Origin: a virus
Lineage: Duplodnaviria > Heunggongvirae > Uroviricota > Caudoviricetes
Strand: one strand, 5' to 3'
IMG/VR virus record: IMGVR_UViG_3300045591_000029
Span: 1-64,000 of that record
Length of the DNA stretch: 64,000 nt
Under the pieces are notes generated by a model that saw only the letters and a program-made list of their open reading frames with translations, was not told where the DNA came from and did not search any database. Made by a program: the position numbers and the translations under genes. Shown piece by piece: positions 1 through 10,375 of the stretch (position 1 is the first letter of the stretch; the number at the start of each line of letters is the position of its first letter).

Positions 1-138
1 CAAAAGCGAGAAGAAGCGCGCCGGGAAATTTACTGGCAATCGTAGTCTTACCAGACTTAGGAGTGCCATAGAATAAAACTGAATATCCTCTTAAATCTCT
101 TGATACTTCATGTGGTTTAAGGTCAAGCAAACTCATAA
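1..138 (-). CDS. P-loop ATPase, N-terminal fragment (gene continues beyond window start); Sak4/RecA-like Walker A FYGTPKSGKTT
   Basis: ATG at 138 on minus strand, translation MSLLDLKPHEVSRDLRGYSVLFYGTPKSGKTTIASKF... runs off the window edge. Confidence 0.4.
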
Positions 139-180
139 TTATCTTTCTCCTTTAATTATTTTATTTATAATGAGGAAATG

Positions 181-204
181 AAAGGGGTAGATAACTACCC
201 CTTA
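181..204. terminator. GC-rich hairpin aaaggggtag-ataa-ctacccctt after stop of 210..1166
   Basis: perfect inverted repeat flanked by A/T runs. Confidence 0.4.
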
Positions 205-209
205 TTTAA

Positions 210-1166
210 TTAGAAGTTGTAGTCGCCCTTTGCAGGAGCCGCAGTTGCTTTAGAAGCACCGGCCGCAGCCGCGTTACCACGAGAAGCCTGATACTCGTCC
301 TGACGCTTCTTAATCTCAGCAAGATGAACCTCACGAGCGGTCATCATCTCACCCAGTTCAGAAGCCAACAAAGTATCTTCGCTATCCCACTCATAAGTCT
401 CAGGCTGTGCCCAGTTAATCACAAAGTCACGCTGAGAAGTACGAGTTTCCTTTACAACAGCTTCACCAAATGCGCTCTCTTCCTCGGTCTTGCGTACAAT
501 AGTTTTGGATACCTGAATACCCTGAACTCTGGTGAAGACAGGAGAACTAGAGGAAGCGCCGAGATTTTCGAAATAATCGAGAGCTTTTGCGGGAGCGTAT
601 GGCTCATAAACACTAAACTCAACAGGGAGCAGAGCATTGCGGAAGTCAAACACGCAACCCTTAACAATTACCTTTTCGGGAGTTTCCTTTTCTTCATCGG
701 CCTCAACACGACGGACATTAGTAATCACCATATCAGTGTTGAAAGTTGCACGACTCTTAGGCTCGCACAGTTCCTGTACCTGATGTACGAAACCTCCCTC
801 GTTACGACGGACAGACACCAGATTACCATCCTTATCATACCACTCATTTAGACCAATGGCAGTATCAATACGGACCTTACCTGCGTTCTCTTTGCCGTGT
901 TCCATTACAGAACCAATCTTGCCATCAATGATAGATTGCAGAACATTAAAGGTGTTATTAGGCTTGCCCTTAGCGGTCACCGCAGTTACATAAGTGAAAT
1001 GCACTTGCACAACATTGAGCATCTCGTCATCAGTTGCCACACTAAGAGTACCACTAATAAACTCAGTACCGGGATTCTTAGAGTTAGGACCGCTCTCCTT
1101 CATTTCCAGCTTGTGCTCGTAAACATAACCTTCGACATGGGATTCATTCTTCATTTTCTTACTCAT
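210..1166 (-). CDS. hypothetical protein, possibly ssDNA-binding (acidic Ala-rich C-terminal tail ending in Phe, as in gp2.5-type SSB)
   Basis: 318 aa intact ORF; C-terminus ...KGDYNF; no motif I can name with certainty. Confidence 0.35.
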   Translation of the reverse strand: MSKKMKNESHVEGYVYEHKLEMKESGPNSKNPGTEFISGTLSVATDDEMLNVVQVHFTYVTAVTAKGKPNNTFNVLQSIIDGKIGSVMEHGKENAGKVRIDTAIGLNEWYDKDGNLVSVRRNEGGFVHQVQELCEPKSRATFNTDMVITNVRRVEADEEKETPEKVIVKGCVFDFRNALLPVEFSVYEPYAPAKALDYFENLGASSSSPVFTRVQGIQVSKTIVRKTEEESAFGEAVVKETRTSQRDFVINWAQPETYEWDSEDTLLASELGEMMTAREVHLAEIKKRQDEYQASRGNAAAAGASKATAAPAKGDYNF

Positions 1167-1539
1167 TGTTCAAATTCTCCTTATAAGCGTTAATATCAAA
1201 ATTTTTGCCCTTTTCCGTCAAGCTATAAATGACAGGATTCTGGCCATATTTATCTACAAACCCATCAGATACGAGTTTTCGAATAGCTCCCGATACTTTG
1301 CGAGATGAAATAACCATTCCATCTGCGATATCTTTTGCTTTCAAATTCGTAGTATCGCAAGTCTGTAAATACTCAAGGATTGAAAGTCCACTTTCTGTGA
1401 ACATGGGTTTCTCCATACCTTGCTGAGCAAGGAGGAGATTATAGACATCTTGTACTTCATCGGGAAGTACAACTGGCTCCTTGCAATTCTGCACTAGCCA
1501 GTCGAAGTAATCAGTAAATGCTTTGTACTTATTATTCAT
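1159..1539 (-). CDS. small winged-helix-like DNA-binding protein (putative regulator)
   Basis: 126 aa; segment SSRKVSGAIRKLVSDGFVDK resembles MarR-type recognition helix. Confidence 0.35.
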   Translation of the reverse strand: MNNKYKAFTDYFDWLVQNCKEPVVLPDEVQDVYNLLLAQQGMEKPMFTESGLSILEYLQTCDTTNLKAKDIADGMVISSRKVSGAIRKLVSDGFVDKYGQNPVIYSLTEKGKNFDINAYKENLNNE

Positions 1540-1594
1540 TTAATCCATTTCCTTACCTTTTATACATATATAATAACATAAAATTAAAGAAAAA

Positions 1595-2113
1595 TCAACT
1601 GACCCTATCATACCGCCAAAATTGATATTTGATGTCGTTATATGAGGCCATTAGGTCTTCCTCAATAGCATTCCATTCTTTTGATTCATCGAGATTAGGG
1701 AAAAAGGTATCAATATTATCATGGCTTGCATAGATTTTTGTTACATAAACTCTATCACAATAGGGGAGAAGAGCATTGTAAATCTGTCCTCCACCAATAA
1801 CAAAAATATCCATATCACTAGCCTTAATGTAATTAAGAGTTCCCTCTAATGGCATTGCAACAGTTAGATCTCCAAGAATAGAAATCACCCCATTTGAAAC
1901 CATTGAGTTAGAAACAATAATATTGATACGGTCTGGAAGCCTTGGCAGAGCATCCTTTTTAGGAAGACTCTCCCAAGTATTGCGTCCCATTACTACAACA
2001 TTATATTTGGTCAGCTCTTTAAAATGTTTTAGATCAGCTGGGATATGTTCTAATAGTTGACCTTGATAGCCAATCCCCCAATTCTCGTCTACCGCAACAA
2101 TAGCAGAAATCAT
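1595..2113 (-). CDS. frd: dihydrofolate reductase
   Basis: MISAIVAVDENWGIGYQGQLL...VVMGRNTWESLP...VIGGGQIY, classic DHFR motifs; overlaps start of downstream TS-family gene as in frd-td operons. Confidence 0.8.
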   Translation of the reverse strand: MISAIVAVDENWGIGYQGQLLEHIPADLKHFKELTKYNVVVMGRNTWESLPKKDALPRLPDRINIIVSNSMVSNGVISILGDLTVAMPLEGTLNYIKASDMDIFVIGGGQIYNALLPYCDRVYVTKIYASHDNIDTFFPNLDESKEWNAIEEDLMASYNDIKYQFWRYDRVS

Positions 2114-2961
2114 ATACCCAACTCCAACTTTAACTGCGGCTTCATGGGAGAGTAATTCTCTATCGTAAAATCATCAATGGTCATGTCATAGAAATTAGTT
2201 TTCTCAGGATTTAGATGCAATACAGGATTCTTGCAAGCATCATCGCCAAAGAACATACTATTGAAAAATCTTGAAATCATTTCATGTGCAGCATCCATAT
2301 GACGGTCATAAATCTGTTCATTAGCCACTACATGACTAAATACTCCAGGTTTATAACCAGTATGACGAGCAATCATCATCAAGAGCGCTGCATACTGAAT
2401 TTCATTGATACCACCGGGACCAGAAGCGGTAAGCATATCGCCGCTACGTTGAACCAGCATCATATCAAGATATTCTCCACGAACATTCCAGATGGTTAGA
2501 AACGCACAAGGTGCCAATCCCGCGGTTTCATGGAGATCAGCCTCCTGCCATAAAGAAACTACCTTGCGGCGACCATATGGATCATTTTCAATATCCTTAA
2601 TCAAATTATTGATTAAATCATATCGACTTACTGTTGCTCCATAGCGCTGACCGATCGTACCATCACCAATATCCCAGTCACCCCACCAATTAACACCCAT
2701 TTCCTCCATCTTAGCGATTTCATTCGTGGGCTTTTGATAGATAGTGAAGATTTCCTTGATACCAGTCTTCCAAGCCATCGGCCGCAGGGTACAAATAGGA
2801 AATTCTCCTTTGGATAAATCATAAGTGCGGAAATTATGATTTACAGAGAGAGTATGCGCGGGAGTGCCATCTGCATAATGCGGTCTTGGGTTAATATCCT
2901 TATATCCATTATCAAGAATAAGATTGATTGTCTCAACCATATAATTATCTGCTTTATTCAT
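2110..2961 (-). CDS. thymidylate synthase family enzyme (ThyA-like; active-site PCA instead of PCH, so a dNMP hydroxymethylase cannot be excluded)
   Basis: LAPCAFLTIW...QRSGDM...NEQIYDRHM aligns with ThyA PCHAF...QRS.D...HLY.NH. Confidence 0.7.
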   Translation of the reverse strand: MNKADNYMVETINLILDNGYKDINPRPHYADGTPAHTLSVNHNFRTYDLSKGEFPICTLRPMAWKTGIKEIFTIYQKPTNEIAKMEEMGVNWWGDWDIGDGTIGQRYGATVSRYDLINNLIKDIENDPYGRRKVVSLWQEADLHETAGLAPCAFLTIWNVRGEYLDMMLVQRSGDMLTASGPGGINEIQYAALLMMIARHTGYKPGVFSHVVANEQIYDRHMDAAHEMISRFFNSMFFGDDACKNPVLHLNPEKTNFYDMTIDDFTIENYSPMKPQLKLELGI

Positions 2962-3273
2962 TCAGTTATCGTCTCCCACAGTATTTGTGTATCCTACGAT
3001 GTTGAATTGATTGAGCCAAGAATCTAGCTCATCAATAACAGCAATATATTTCATACCTCTAGCTTTTGTTAGAAAATATCCATAGCTGATAAATCCTAAA
3101 TTTTGAGGTAGATTACGCTCTTTTGTTAACTCTAAGAACTTTTTAACCATCAGCTGAGGGTGTTGAGTAACAAAGAGTACCATCTTATCAGGATACTTAT
3201 GCGCTAAATCATTTGCGTAGTGCATTAAGCTAGTTGTCTTACCTGTACCACGACTTGCAATTACCTTAAACAT
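2962..3273 (-). CDS. small P-loop NTPase-like protein
   Basis: Walker A SRGTGKTT near N-terminus; 103 aa. Confidence 0.45.
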   Translation of the reverse strand: MFKVIASRGTGKTTSLMHYANDLAHKYPDKMVLFVTQHPQLMVKKFLELTKERNLPQNLGFISYGYFLTKARGMKYIAVIDELDSWLNQFNIVGYTNTVGDDN

Positions 3274-4187
3274 TATGAACCTCCACGAGTTCCATTCATA
3301 CCTAGCTCTTTAGTCTTATAGAACTCAATCCAATAAGTCTCTCGTTCATTTAACTAATCTCTAGGCACTTCTTCCAAAACCTCAAATATAAAATTATATT
3401 GACCAGATTTTTGCATCGCCTAATATAACTTATTAGTCGCAGGTCCGTATGCTAAAGAGGTTTTAATGTGCTGTCTAAAACGCTCTTTAATATCAACAGA
3501 CTAACCAATATAAGCCTAACCAGTTGTTAAATCGGTAATCTTATAGATGCCGCAGACCTTCGCTGCTTTAGAGAATAATCTTGCCATAAGCGTATCATAT
3601 GAAGGTTTATAATAAGTTTCCCAAATTAGCTTATCTATTGCTTCTTTCTTAAAGAAACGCTTCTATAATTCACGGAGCAATTCAATATCACTAATATCTA
3701 TTTCATCAATAGCAAGACGATAATAGTCCTAATCTGCGGCAATCGCTTCTTGGCGTTGCTAAGCCTAGATATAAGACAACTATTTAGCTTCTAATTCGTG
3801 GAGTTTGTCTTGCTGATAAGAGATTTGATTAGTTATCTATTGAAGTTCTGCTAAATGATACTTTTCTTTGGCTTGATATGTTTCATCCAGCTCTTTAGTT
3901 TTCTTTTCAAATTGAGCTCTAGCGCTCTCTTCTGCTCGCTACTCAGCGCTTTCCCGCAACTTATTCGCAGTATCGTTCAAAGAATTGACAATTTCATTAT
4001 GTGATGCAATATCTTCTTTTACTTTTGCTAATTCTCTCTATTTCAATGCAATATCTTGTTCAATGCGTTTATTCTCTTCTTGTCTTTCTTTATTTATCAA
4101 TACTACCTAAAGCCGATTATTGCGAAGATATAAAACATATCCGATTAGCGCAAGAATAACCAGGCCTGATAATATGTAATAAATCAT
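3274..4187 (-). CDS. TAG-recoded gene: N-terminal TM helix plus coiled coil, C-terminal GIY-YIG nuclease domain (13 in-frame TAG)
   Basis: hand translation on minus strand: MIYYILSGLVILALIGYVLYLRNNRL*... GIYKITDLTTG*AYIG*SVDIKERFRQH...ETYWIEFYKTKELGMNGTRGGS; only TAG interrupts, ends with TAA; invisible in standard-code ORF track. Confidence 0.55.
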
Positions 4188-4198
4188 AAGTAAAAGAA

Positions 4199-4228
4199 AT
4201 CGGTAAGAGGCATAATCCTCTTACCGAT
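4199..4228. terminator. hairpin atcggtaagagg-cataatcc-tcttaccgat downstream of 4237..4500
   Basis: 10-bp perfect inverted repeat. Confidence 0.4.
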
Positions 4229-4236
4229 CTAATTTA

Positions 4237-4500
4237 TTACTCCTGGGCGTCAGGATCGAAAGCCAAGCCCTTATCAGTCAAGCGAAGATACTTAACTTTC
4301 TGATGGGAGCCATCGGCAAGCTCAACCTCAGCGGGCTCACGCACACCATAGTCCTTGCGCTGTAGAGCGGAGGTAAAAATACCATCAACCTGGCGCTTCT
4401 CAAGACCAAGAGCTTCAGCCACATCAGCGGCAGTCAGATCCTTGTCAGTATTGTCCTTTAGATAATCAAAAACCTTACGAGTATTTTCCTTCATAGCCAT
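4237..4500 (-). CDS. hypothetical protein
   Basis: 87 aa intact ORF with RBS. Confidence 0.45.
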   Translation of the reverse strand: MAMKENTRKVFDYLKDNTDKDLTAADVAEALGLEKRQVDGIFTSALQRKDYGVREPAEVELADGSHQKVKYLRLTDKGLAFDPDAQE

Positions 4501-4792
4501 TGTAATAATCTCCTCTAAAATGTATTATTTAATTCTCGATGCAATTAAAGCATCAATTTCCAGTAAAGCATTTATCCCATCGGGAAAAGCCATAATCTAG
4601 TTAGTTAACTGCATAATTCGGTCTTCTGCGTGGGCTTTTTCCTCTTTTGAGGAATTTTCATCTTGGTGAATAAGTTCGCATTTATAGATTTCATCTGCGA
4701 ACCGCTTCATCTGTTTACGGGTCATACAATCTGTCCTTTTACTATTGCTTTTCTGAATTACATATATATTATATCAGAAAATATTTTTTAAG

Positions 4793-6004
4793 TCAACAAA
4801 AAATTTCTGATATAACGCAATCTTTAGCATCCTTATCTTCTCGTTTACACTTGAATACTGGATGTCGCAAAGTATGCTCTTTCTTATCAATTTGCATACA
4901 ATCAAGAGCTACAACATGACCAAGCCACAAATCGGGATTCTCAGTCATTTCTCTTTTGTTATCGTCAGTTAATCCAGAACTAACTGTACCTAAATCAACT
5001 AATTCACCCTTATCATTGTATGCGCCAATCTTAATTGCGGTTTTCCAGCCTAAATAATAAGGCTTAGTTACCGGAGTATAAAATCTATCCGCTTCGTCCA
5101 ACCACTTAGAACCATTAGCGGGAGGATTGTTGAAATACTTCTCATATAGATTACCCTCAACTAAGCGGGGATTGCACCATCCACCAAAGCAATGGTCTTC
5201 CTCAAAGCAATCATAGAATGAAGGTTGCGTCTCTTCCCAGTATTCCCAAGTAGCTAACTCTTTACCAGTATACTCTTTTGTAGCATCGCAAAAGCCAGTG
5301 CAGATTAAATCAATAGAATCCATCTGCTTGACTTTAATAGTCGACCACGCAGGTCTTTTACCGGGAGTGTATGGATAATCCTTCTTCTTTAAAACTGCAC
5401 CCTCGCCGCCAGATTTCAAGATACGAGAGATTTCAGCTTCCATATCTTCGTCAACACGAGTAGCAAGTCTCAAGAAACTGTACTGGTCGAGATTATGTTT
5501 CTTCCAAATTGCTGCAAGAATTTTATAGCGCAAATCCGCAGGTGAGTCAATAAGATTGACCGTATCATATGCAATAATATCATGCACATAATAATGGATT
5601 GGTTCTTTTTCTTGTCTCTTGATAGCAAGAGCAGGTAAACATCCCATAATACTTACAGTATCTTTCGATGTACCTCCGGGAACATAGATTTCTCCAATAA
5701 GGATAGTTCCTGCGGGAAGGCAGTTCAACGCCTCTTTTAAGTGAGGTACATTGTCACTTTTTTCTGTAAGGATACCAGATAGTTTACTTACTGTGCGACC
5801 AAAAAGATAAGAATGATTTTCAGTTTTTACAAACTGATAAAATGCTCCATCAATCTTCTCTTCAAGAAAATATTCCCCATTAGAGCATACTTCAGAGAGC
5901 ATGGATTCCTTTCCCGCAGGTAACTTCCAAATAAGCATTGGCTCAATCATTAAGTTTTCTGCTTCAGGATATAATTCATGTATCTTATCTTTATCAAAAC
6001 TCAT
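4793..6004 (-). CDS. ATP-dependent polynucleotide ligase (DNA ligase-like nucleotidyltransferase)
   Basis: motif I EEKIDGAF (KxDG) plus downstream ligase-like motifs; 403 aa. Confidence 0.6.
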   Translation of the reverse strand: MSFDKDKIHELYPEAENLMIEPMLIWKLPAGKESMLSEVCSNGEYFLEEKIDGAFYQFVKTENHSYLFGRTVSKLSGILTEKSDNVPHLKEALNCLPAGTILIGEIYVPGGTSKDTVSIMGCLPALAIKRQEKEPIHYYVHDIIAYDTVNLIDSPADLRYKILAAIWKKHNLDQYSFLRLATRVDEDMEAEISRILKSGGEGAVLKKKDYPYTPGKRPAWSTIKVKQMDSIDLICTGFCDATKEYTGKELATWEYWEETQPSFYDCFEEDHCFGGWCNPRLVEGNLYEKYFNNPPANGSKWLDEADRFYTPVTKPYYLGWKTAIKIGAYNDKGELVDLGTVSSGLTDDNKREMTENPDLWLGHVVALDCMQIDKKEHTLRHPVFKCKREDKDAKDCVISEIFC

Positions 6005-6096
6005 TTATTGTTATTCCCTTTCTTTATATAAATATATTATAATAATTAAAAAGAAAAGTCAACTAAGAGAAAGAATGGGTATACCCATTCTTTCTC

Positions 6097-8460
6097 TTAT
6101 ACTTGCGTAATAGAAATCACTTGTTCGTTGTTCTTCAGCATGATATTGCCCATGGAAACTCGACCAAGAGTGGGAATGTCTTTACCGCTAATAACAATAG
6201 AAGACTTGTCACCATTGATAAGGAGATTATCACTTTCTTTGATAATCTCCGCTCCGGCGATTTCTCCCTTATAGCAGAGTAATCCCTTGCCTCCACGATT
6301 CTGTAAAGTAAGTTCATCAATCTGCATTTTCTTACCCAAGCCATTCTTGGAAACAATAGCGAGATAATCTGCGGGATCTACGATCGGCAATGCCGCGATT
6401 ACGCTGTCGCCATCATTTAGTTTCATGCCCTTAACACCTTGCGCTGTGCGCGAAGAGATAGGCATTTCCGTGGTTCCAAATCGAATAGCCATACCATTCT
6501 TTGTTACCAATAACATCTGCTCTTGATTGATAAATGTAACATCTGCAAGTTCATCGCCATCTTTAAAACTGATAGCGATAATACCCGTACGTTTCATCTT
6601 ATCATATTCATCAAGAGGAACCTTCTTGATAGTACCATTCTTTGTGGCAAAGAAGATAAACTTCTTGTCAGTATCTCTGGTCATTGTTGTAAATGCCATA
6701 GGTTTCTCGCCATTCTCAAACTCAATTAGAGTGGAGATAGGCGTTCCGTTAGACGCATTTGTACCTTCTGGAATATTATCCACTAATACACGATACATCT
6801 TGCCCTTAGAGGAGAATACCATCAAGGTATCTTGCGTATTAGTCTTCTGTGAGAAGAGAACAATGTCGCCTGTCTTAACGCCAGTAGTATTACGCTTTTG
6901 AGCCTTAAAATTCTTAGCATCAATACGCTTAATAGTGTTCTTCTTTGTCACTACAACTACGCAATCCTTCGGCTCAACGACAACTACTTCTTTCTCTTGC
7001 TTTGGAATGTCGGTGTTAAGCAGCTTAGTTCTACGAGCATCACCATAAGTGTCTCTTAACTGAGTAATCTTAGAGATTAAGACTTTATTTCTTACTTCCT
7101 TATTAGTTAAGATTTCAATACACTTAGCAATAAACTCTTTCTTTTCTTTTAACTCATTGACTAATTCTTCTTTATCAATACGAGTTAATTTGCCGAGCTT
7201 CATATCGAGGATTGCGTTTGCTTGCACTTCATCAACAGAGAGGAAATCCATTAGCTTAGTTCTCGCATCAGCGCGTCCCGCAGATTGTTTAATCAATGCA
7301 ATTACTTCATCAATCTTATCAACTGCGGCAATCAGACCCTCAAGGATATGTGCTCTTGCTTCAGCTTTCTCTTTATCGAAAGTTGTGGCATTGACGAGGA
7401 CTTCTTCTTGATGGTCAACATACGCATGGAGTAAATCAACCATAGAACAGAGCTTAGGTGTGCCATTGACAATATAGTTCATGTTATAGGATAAAGTAGA
7501 CTGTAAATCTGTCAGCAAGAACAACTTATTCAATGCCTTAGATACAGACACTCCATCTTTTACATGGAATACCAACTTGTTCTGACCGATATTAGACTCA
7601 TCATCAAAGTCATCAATCAGCTCACTTAGAACATCAATATTCTTCTCAATCTGCTCTTTAATCTTATTGCGGTAGGTACGATAAGGAATACTGGTGAAGA
7701 CGATATCCTGCCCATCAATCTCATAATCGCCCTGAATTTTCAGAGAGATATTAGATTTACCGGACGCAAAAGCTGTCCGCACATCCTTAATGTTAAGAAC
7801 TGTACCACCGAGAGGGAAATCTGGTCCGGGAATATAAGACAACACTTCATCAATAGTCAGTTCGCCCTTCTCGATTAAAGCAATAGCAGCATTACATACC
7901 TCTGTCAGATTGTGCGGGGCAGAGTTATGCGCCATAGAAATGCCGATTGCTTGACGACCGTTACAGATTGCGTTGGGAAATAGTGAGGGAAGAACGATAG
8001 GCTCTTGGAACTCACCATTGTAAGTCTCTTTAGTAGGAACAACATTCTTACTAAAGTCATTCATCATCAGGTCGGTAAACTTAGAAGGCTTAGCCTCAGT
8101 ATAACGAGAAGATGAGAACATATCGTTATTTTCCTGTGTACCCAACTGTCCCTGCCCAGTTACAAGAGGATAGCGCATGAGAAACTCCTGCGCCATCTTC
8201 CGCAGAACACCATAGCAAGCAATATCGCCATGGAAGTAGGAGGTTGCCAGAGTAGAACCAATGATAGCATTACACTTCTTAGTCTTACTCTTGTTATCCA
8301 TCTTTAGATAATCTTCCATTGTCCAAAGAATCTTTCGCTGAGCACTAAGGAGACCATCTTCCGCGGCAGGAATCGCACGATCGGTTAGAACTTCTTCTGC
8401 ATAAGTTAGAAAGTTATCTTTAGCTTCATCAAGAATATCAACTTCTGTAATCAAACTCAT
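6097..8460 (-). CDS. type IIA topoisomerase subunit A (GyrA/ParC-like)
   Basis: RAIP..DGL..QRKIL, HGD, active-site SSRYTEAK, YIPGPDFPLGG; 787 aa. Confidence 0.85.
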   Translation of the reverse strand: MSLITEVDILDEAKDNFLTYAEEVLTDRAIPAAEDGLLSAQRKILWTMEDYLKMDNKSKTKKCNAIIGSTLATSYFHGDIACYGVLRKMAQEFLMRYPLVTGQGQLGTQENNDMFSSSRYTEAKPSKFTDLMMNDFSKNVVPTKETYNGEFQEPIVLPSLFPNAICNGRQAIGISMAHNSAPHNLTEVCNAAIALIEKGELTIDEVLSYIPGPDFPLGGTVLNIKDVRTAFASGKSNISLKIQGDYEIDGQDIVFTSIPYRTYRNKIKEQIEKNIDVLSELIDDFDDESNIGQNKLVFHVKDGVSVSKALNKLFLLTDLQSTLSYNMNYIVNGTPKLCSMVDLLHAYVDHQEEVLVNATTFDKEKAEARAHILEGLIAAVDKIDEVIALIKQSAGRADARTKLMDFLSVDEVQANAILDMKLGKLTRIDKEELVNELKEKKEFIAKCIEILTNKEVRNKVLISKITQLRDTYGDARRTKLLNTDIPKQEKEVVVVEPKDCVVVVTKKNTIKRIDAKNFKAQKRNTTGVKTGDIVLFSQKTNTQDTLMVFSSKGKMYRVLVDNIPEGTNASNGTPISTLIEFENGEKPMAFTTMTRDTDKKFIFFATKNGTIKKVPLDEYDKMKRTGIIAISFKDGDELADVTFINQEQMLLVTKNGMAIRFGTTEMPISSRTAQGVKGMKLNDGDSVIAALPIVDPADYLAIVSKNGLGKKMQIDELTLQNRGGKGLLCYKGEIAGAEIIKESDNLLINGDKSSIVISGKDIPTLGRVSMGNIMLKNNEQVISITQV

Positions 8461-8474
8461 AAAATCACTCCTTA

Positions 8475-10373
8475 TTACTCAAAATTGAAACCGAGTTCGT
8501 TGGCATTATCGTAGATATACTGCTTGCGGGGTTCAACTGCGCTGCCCATTAGAATGTTGAGTAATTCCGTAGTTTTCTCTGCATCAGAGATAGAAATACG
8601 CTTATATCTCTCATTCATAAAGCAAACTTTTTGCAAATCTTCAGGATTCAACTCGCCAAGGCCCTTAGCACGCAGTAAATCATACGAGCCGTTATGACTA
8701 TTCTTCCACTCTGTTAATTCATCTTCGGAGTAACAGTAATACTCTTTTCCCTTTTGACGAATAATATACAATGGAGTTACAGCCCTGTATAGCTTACCCG
8801 CTTCCACGAGAGGCCGCATATAAGTATAGAAGAAAGTGATAAGCAGAAGCTCAATGTCTGCGCCATCACTATCTGCATCGGAAGTAATAACAATCTTGTC
8901 AAAATTCATCTTATTGACATCAAAAGAAGAATCAAATCCAGCGCTAATTACACGCACAATATCTGACATCTCTTGATTCGCAAGAATCTTGTCTACCGCA
9001 GTTTTCAACGGAGAGACAATCTTTCCTCGCAACATATAGATGCAGTCAGTCTTAGGATTGCGGGCCTCCACCGCAGACGCACCTGCAGACAAGCCCTCTA
9101 CGAGAAGGAGGTTACGGTTTTTAGGATTCTTATTCGTGCAATCAATAAACTTGTTACTGATTTGCATTTTTGCCTTAAGACCGGTTTCCTTTTTCGCTTT
9201 TACTCCACGAGCCGCGTCTCTTGCCTTACGAGCAGCTTCTCTCGCTTTACGGGCATTAAGCGCCTTATCTGCGATTCCCTTAATATCTTTCTCGTTTGCG
9301 GCGAACCAGTATTGAAGTTCCTCTGCAATTGCCGCGGTAAAGGGCTTCATATCGAGTTTAACTACTCTACTCTTAGTCTGAGCATCATATGCAACACCAG
9401 GAGCGGTCACATTAAAGGCAATATACATACCTTCCTGACAATCTTCACCAGTGAGATTTTCGTCCTTATCTTTTAGCCACCCTTTTTCACGGAAGAATTT
9501 ATTCATCTCTCTCGTGAGGATGGTTTTAATTTGCGTAATATGCGGACCTGAATCTGTAAGGCCAGTATTTACATAAGGGACAATGGTTGCAGAATAAGCA
9601 TTTGTATAAGTTAGAACTAAATCTAACTTGTTCTTGCCATCAGAAAAATTGAAGTTTAAGCGGTTCTTCAAGATTTCCTTACCTTTAACTGCTTCATCTA
9701 CTAAGTCCATAAGACCATTCTTAGAAGCGAAGATAACCTGCGGTTGTCCTTCTCTATTCAACTCGATAGTCAGGCCTGGGCACAAGCACGCAATTACCTT
9801 AAAAAGATTGGTAATGACAGACATATCTACCTCCGGATGTGTGAAGAACTCTTCATTAGGCTGCCACTGAACCAAAGTACCAGAGGGACTATTCTTGTTA
9901 TCCCATGTGCCCGTATCTCGTTTATCAAAGACGCCTTCCTTGAACCAGATATGCTCGTACTTACCATTTCGATGAGTAATTACCTCAAGCCAATGAGATA
10001 GATAAGTTGTCAGCTTACTACCAATACCATTCAAACCAAGAGCAGTACCTTCATAAACGCCATCGTCAGAATACTTACCAGAAGTATTTAGCACGCTAAA
10101 GGATGCTTCGAGCACAGTCTTACCATCATCACGCATGGCATTAGGAATAAATCCCTGACCGTTATCTTCTACAATAATCGTATTATCCTTTTTAATGGTA
10201 ACAATAATTTTATTACCGTGACCTGCCTTAAATTCATCGACTGCGTTAGAGACAATCTCAATCAATAGCTGAGTAGAATACTCAGTGCTACCGACGTAAA
10301 CGCCTGGCCGCAGTCTTGTAAACTCTAATGGAGAAAGTGACTCGATTGATTTCTCGTCATATAGTTTTCCCAT
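8475..10373 (-). CDS. type IIA topoisomerase subunit B (GyrB/ParE-like, ATPase plus Toprim)
   Basis: LLVEGLSAGASA (Toprim EGDSA), ITSDADSDGADI (DxDxDG), GHKL-type N-terminus; 632 aa. Confidence 0.85.
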   Translation of the reverse strand: MGKLYDEKSIESLSPLEFTRLRPGVYVGSTEYSTQLLIEIVSNAVDEFKAGHGNKIIVTIKKDNTIIVEDNGQGFIPNAMRDDGKTVLEASFSVLNTSGKYSDDGVYEGTALGLNGIGSKLTTYLSHWLEVITHRNGKYEHIWFKEGVFDKRDTGTWDNKNSPSGTLVQWQPNEEFFTHPEVDMSVITNLFKVIACLCPGLTIELNREGQPQVIFASKNGLMDLVDEAVKGKEILKNRLNFNFSDGKNKLDLVLTYTNAYSATIVPYVNTGLTDSGPHITQIKTILTREMNKFFREKGWLKDKDENLTGEDCQEGMYIAFNVTAPGVAYDAQTKSRVVKLDMKPFTAAIAEELQYWFAANEKDIKGIADKALNARKAREAARKARDAARGVKAKKETGLKAKMQISNKFIDCTNKNPKNRNLLLVEGLSAGASAVEARNPKTDCIYMLRGKIVSPLKTAVDKILANQEMSDIVRVISAGFDSSFDVNKMNFDKIVITSDADSDGADIELLLITFFYTYMRPLVEAGKLYRAVTPLYIIRQKGKEYYCYSEDELTEWKNSHNGSYDLLRAKGLGELNPEDLQKVCFMNERYKRISISDAEKTTELLNILMGSAVEPRKQYIYDNANELGFNFE

Positions 10374-10375
10374 AT

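Noticed and set aside
9040-9315. Plus-strand ORFs inside the topoisomerase B gene (8973..9476, 9040..9315) with an ASLALRA repeat
   Set aside because: Antisense reading of a Lys/Ala/Arg-rich segment of the minus-strand gene. No independent support.
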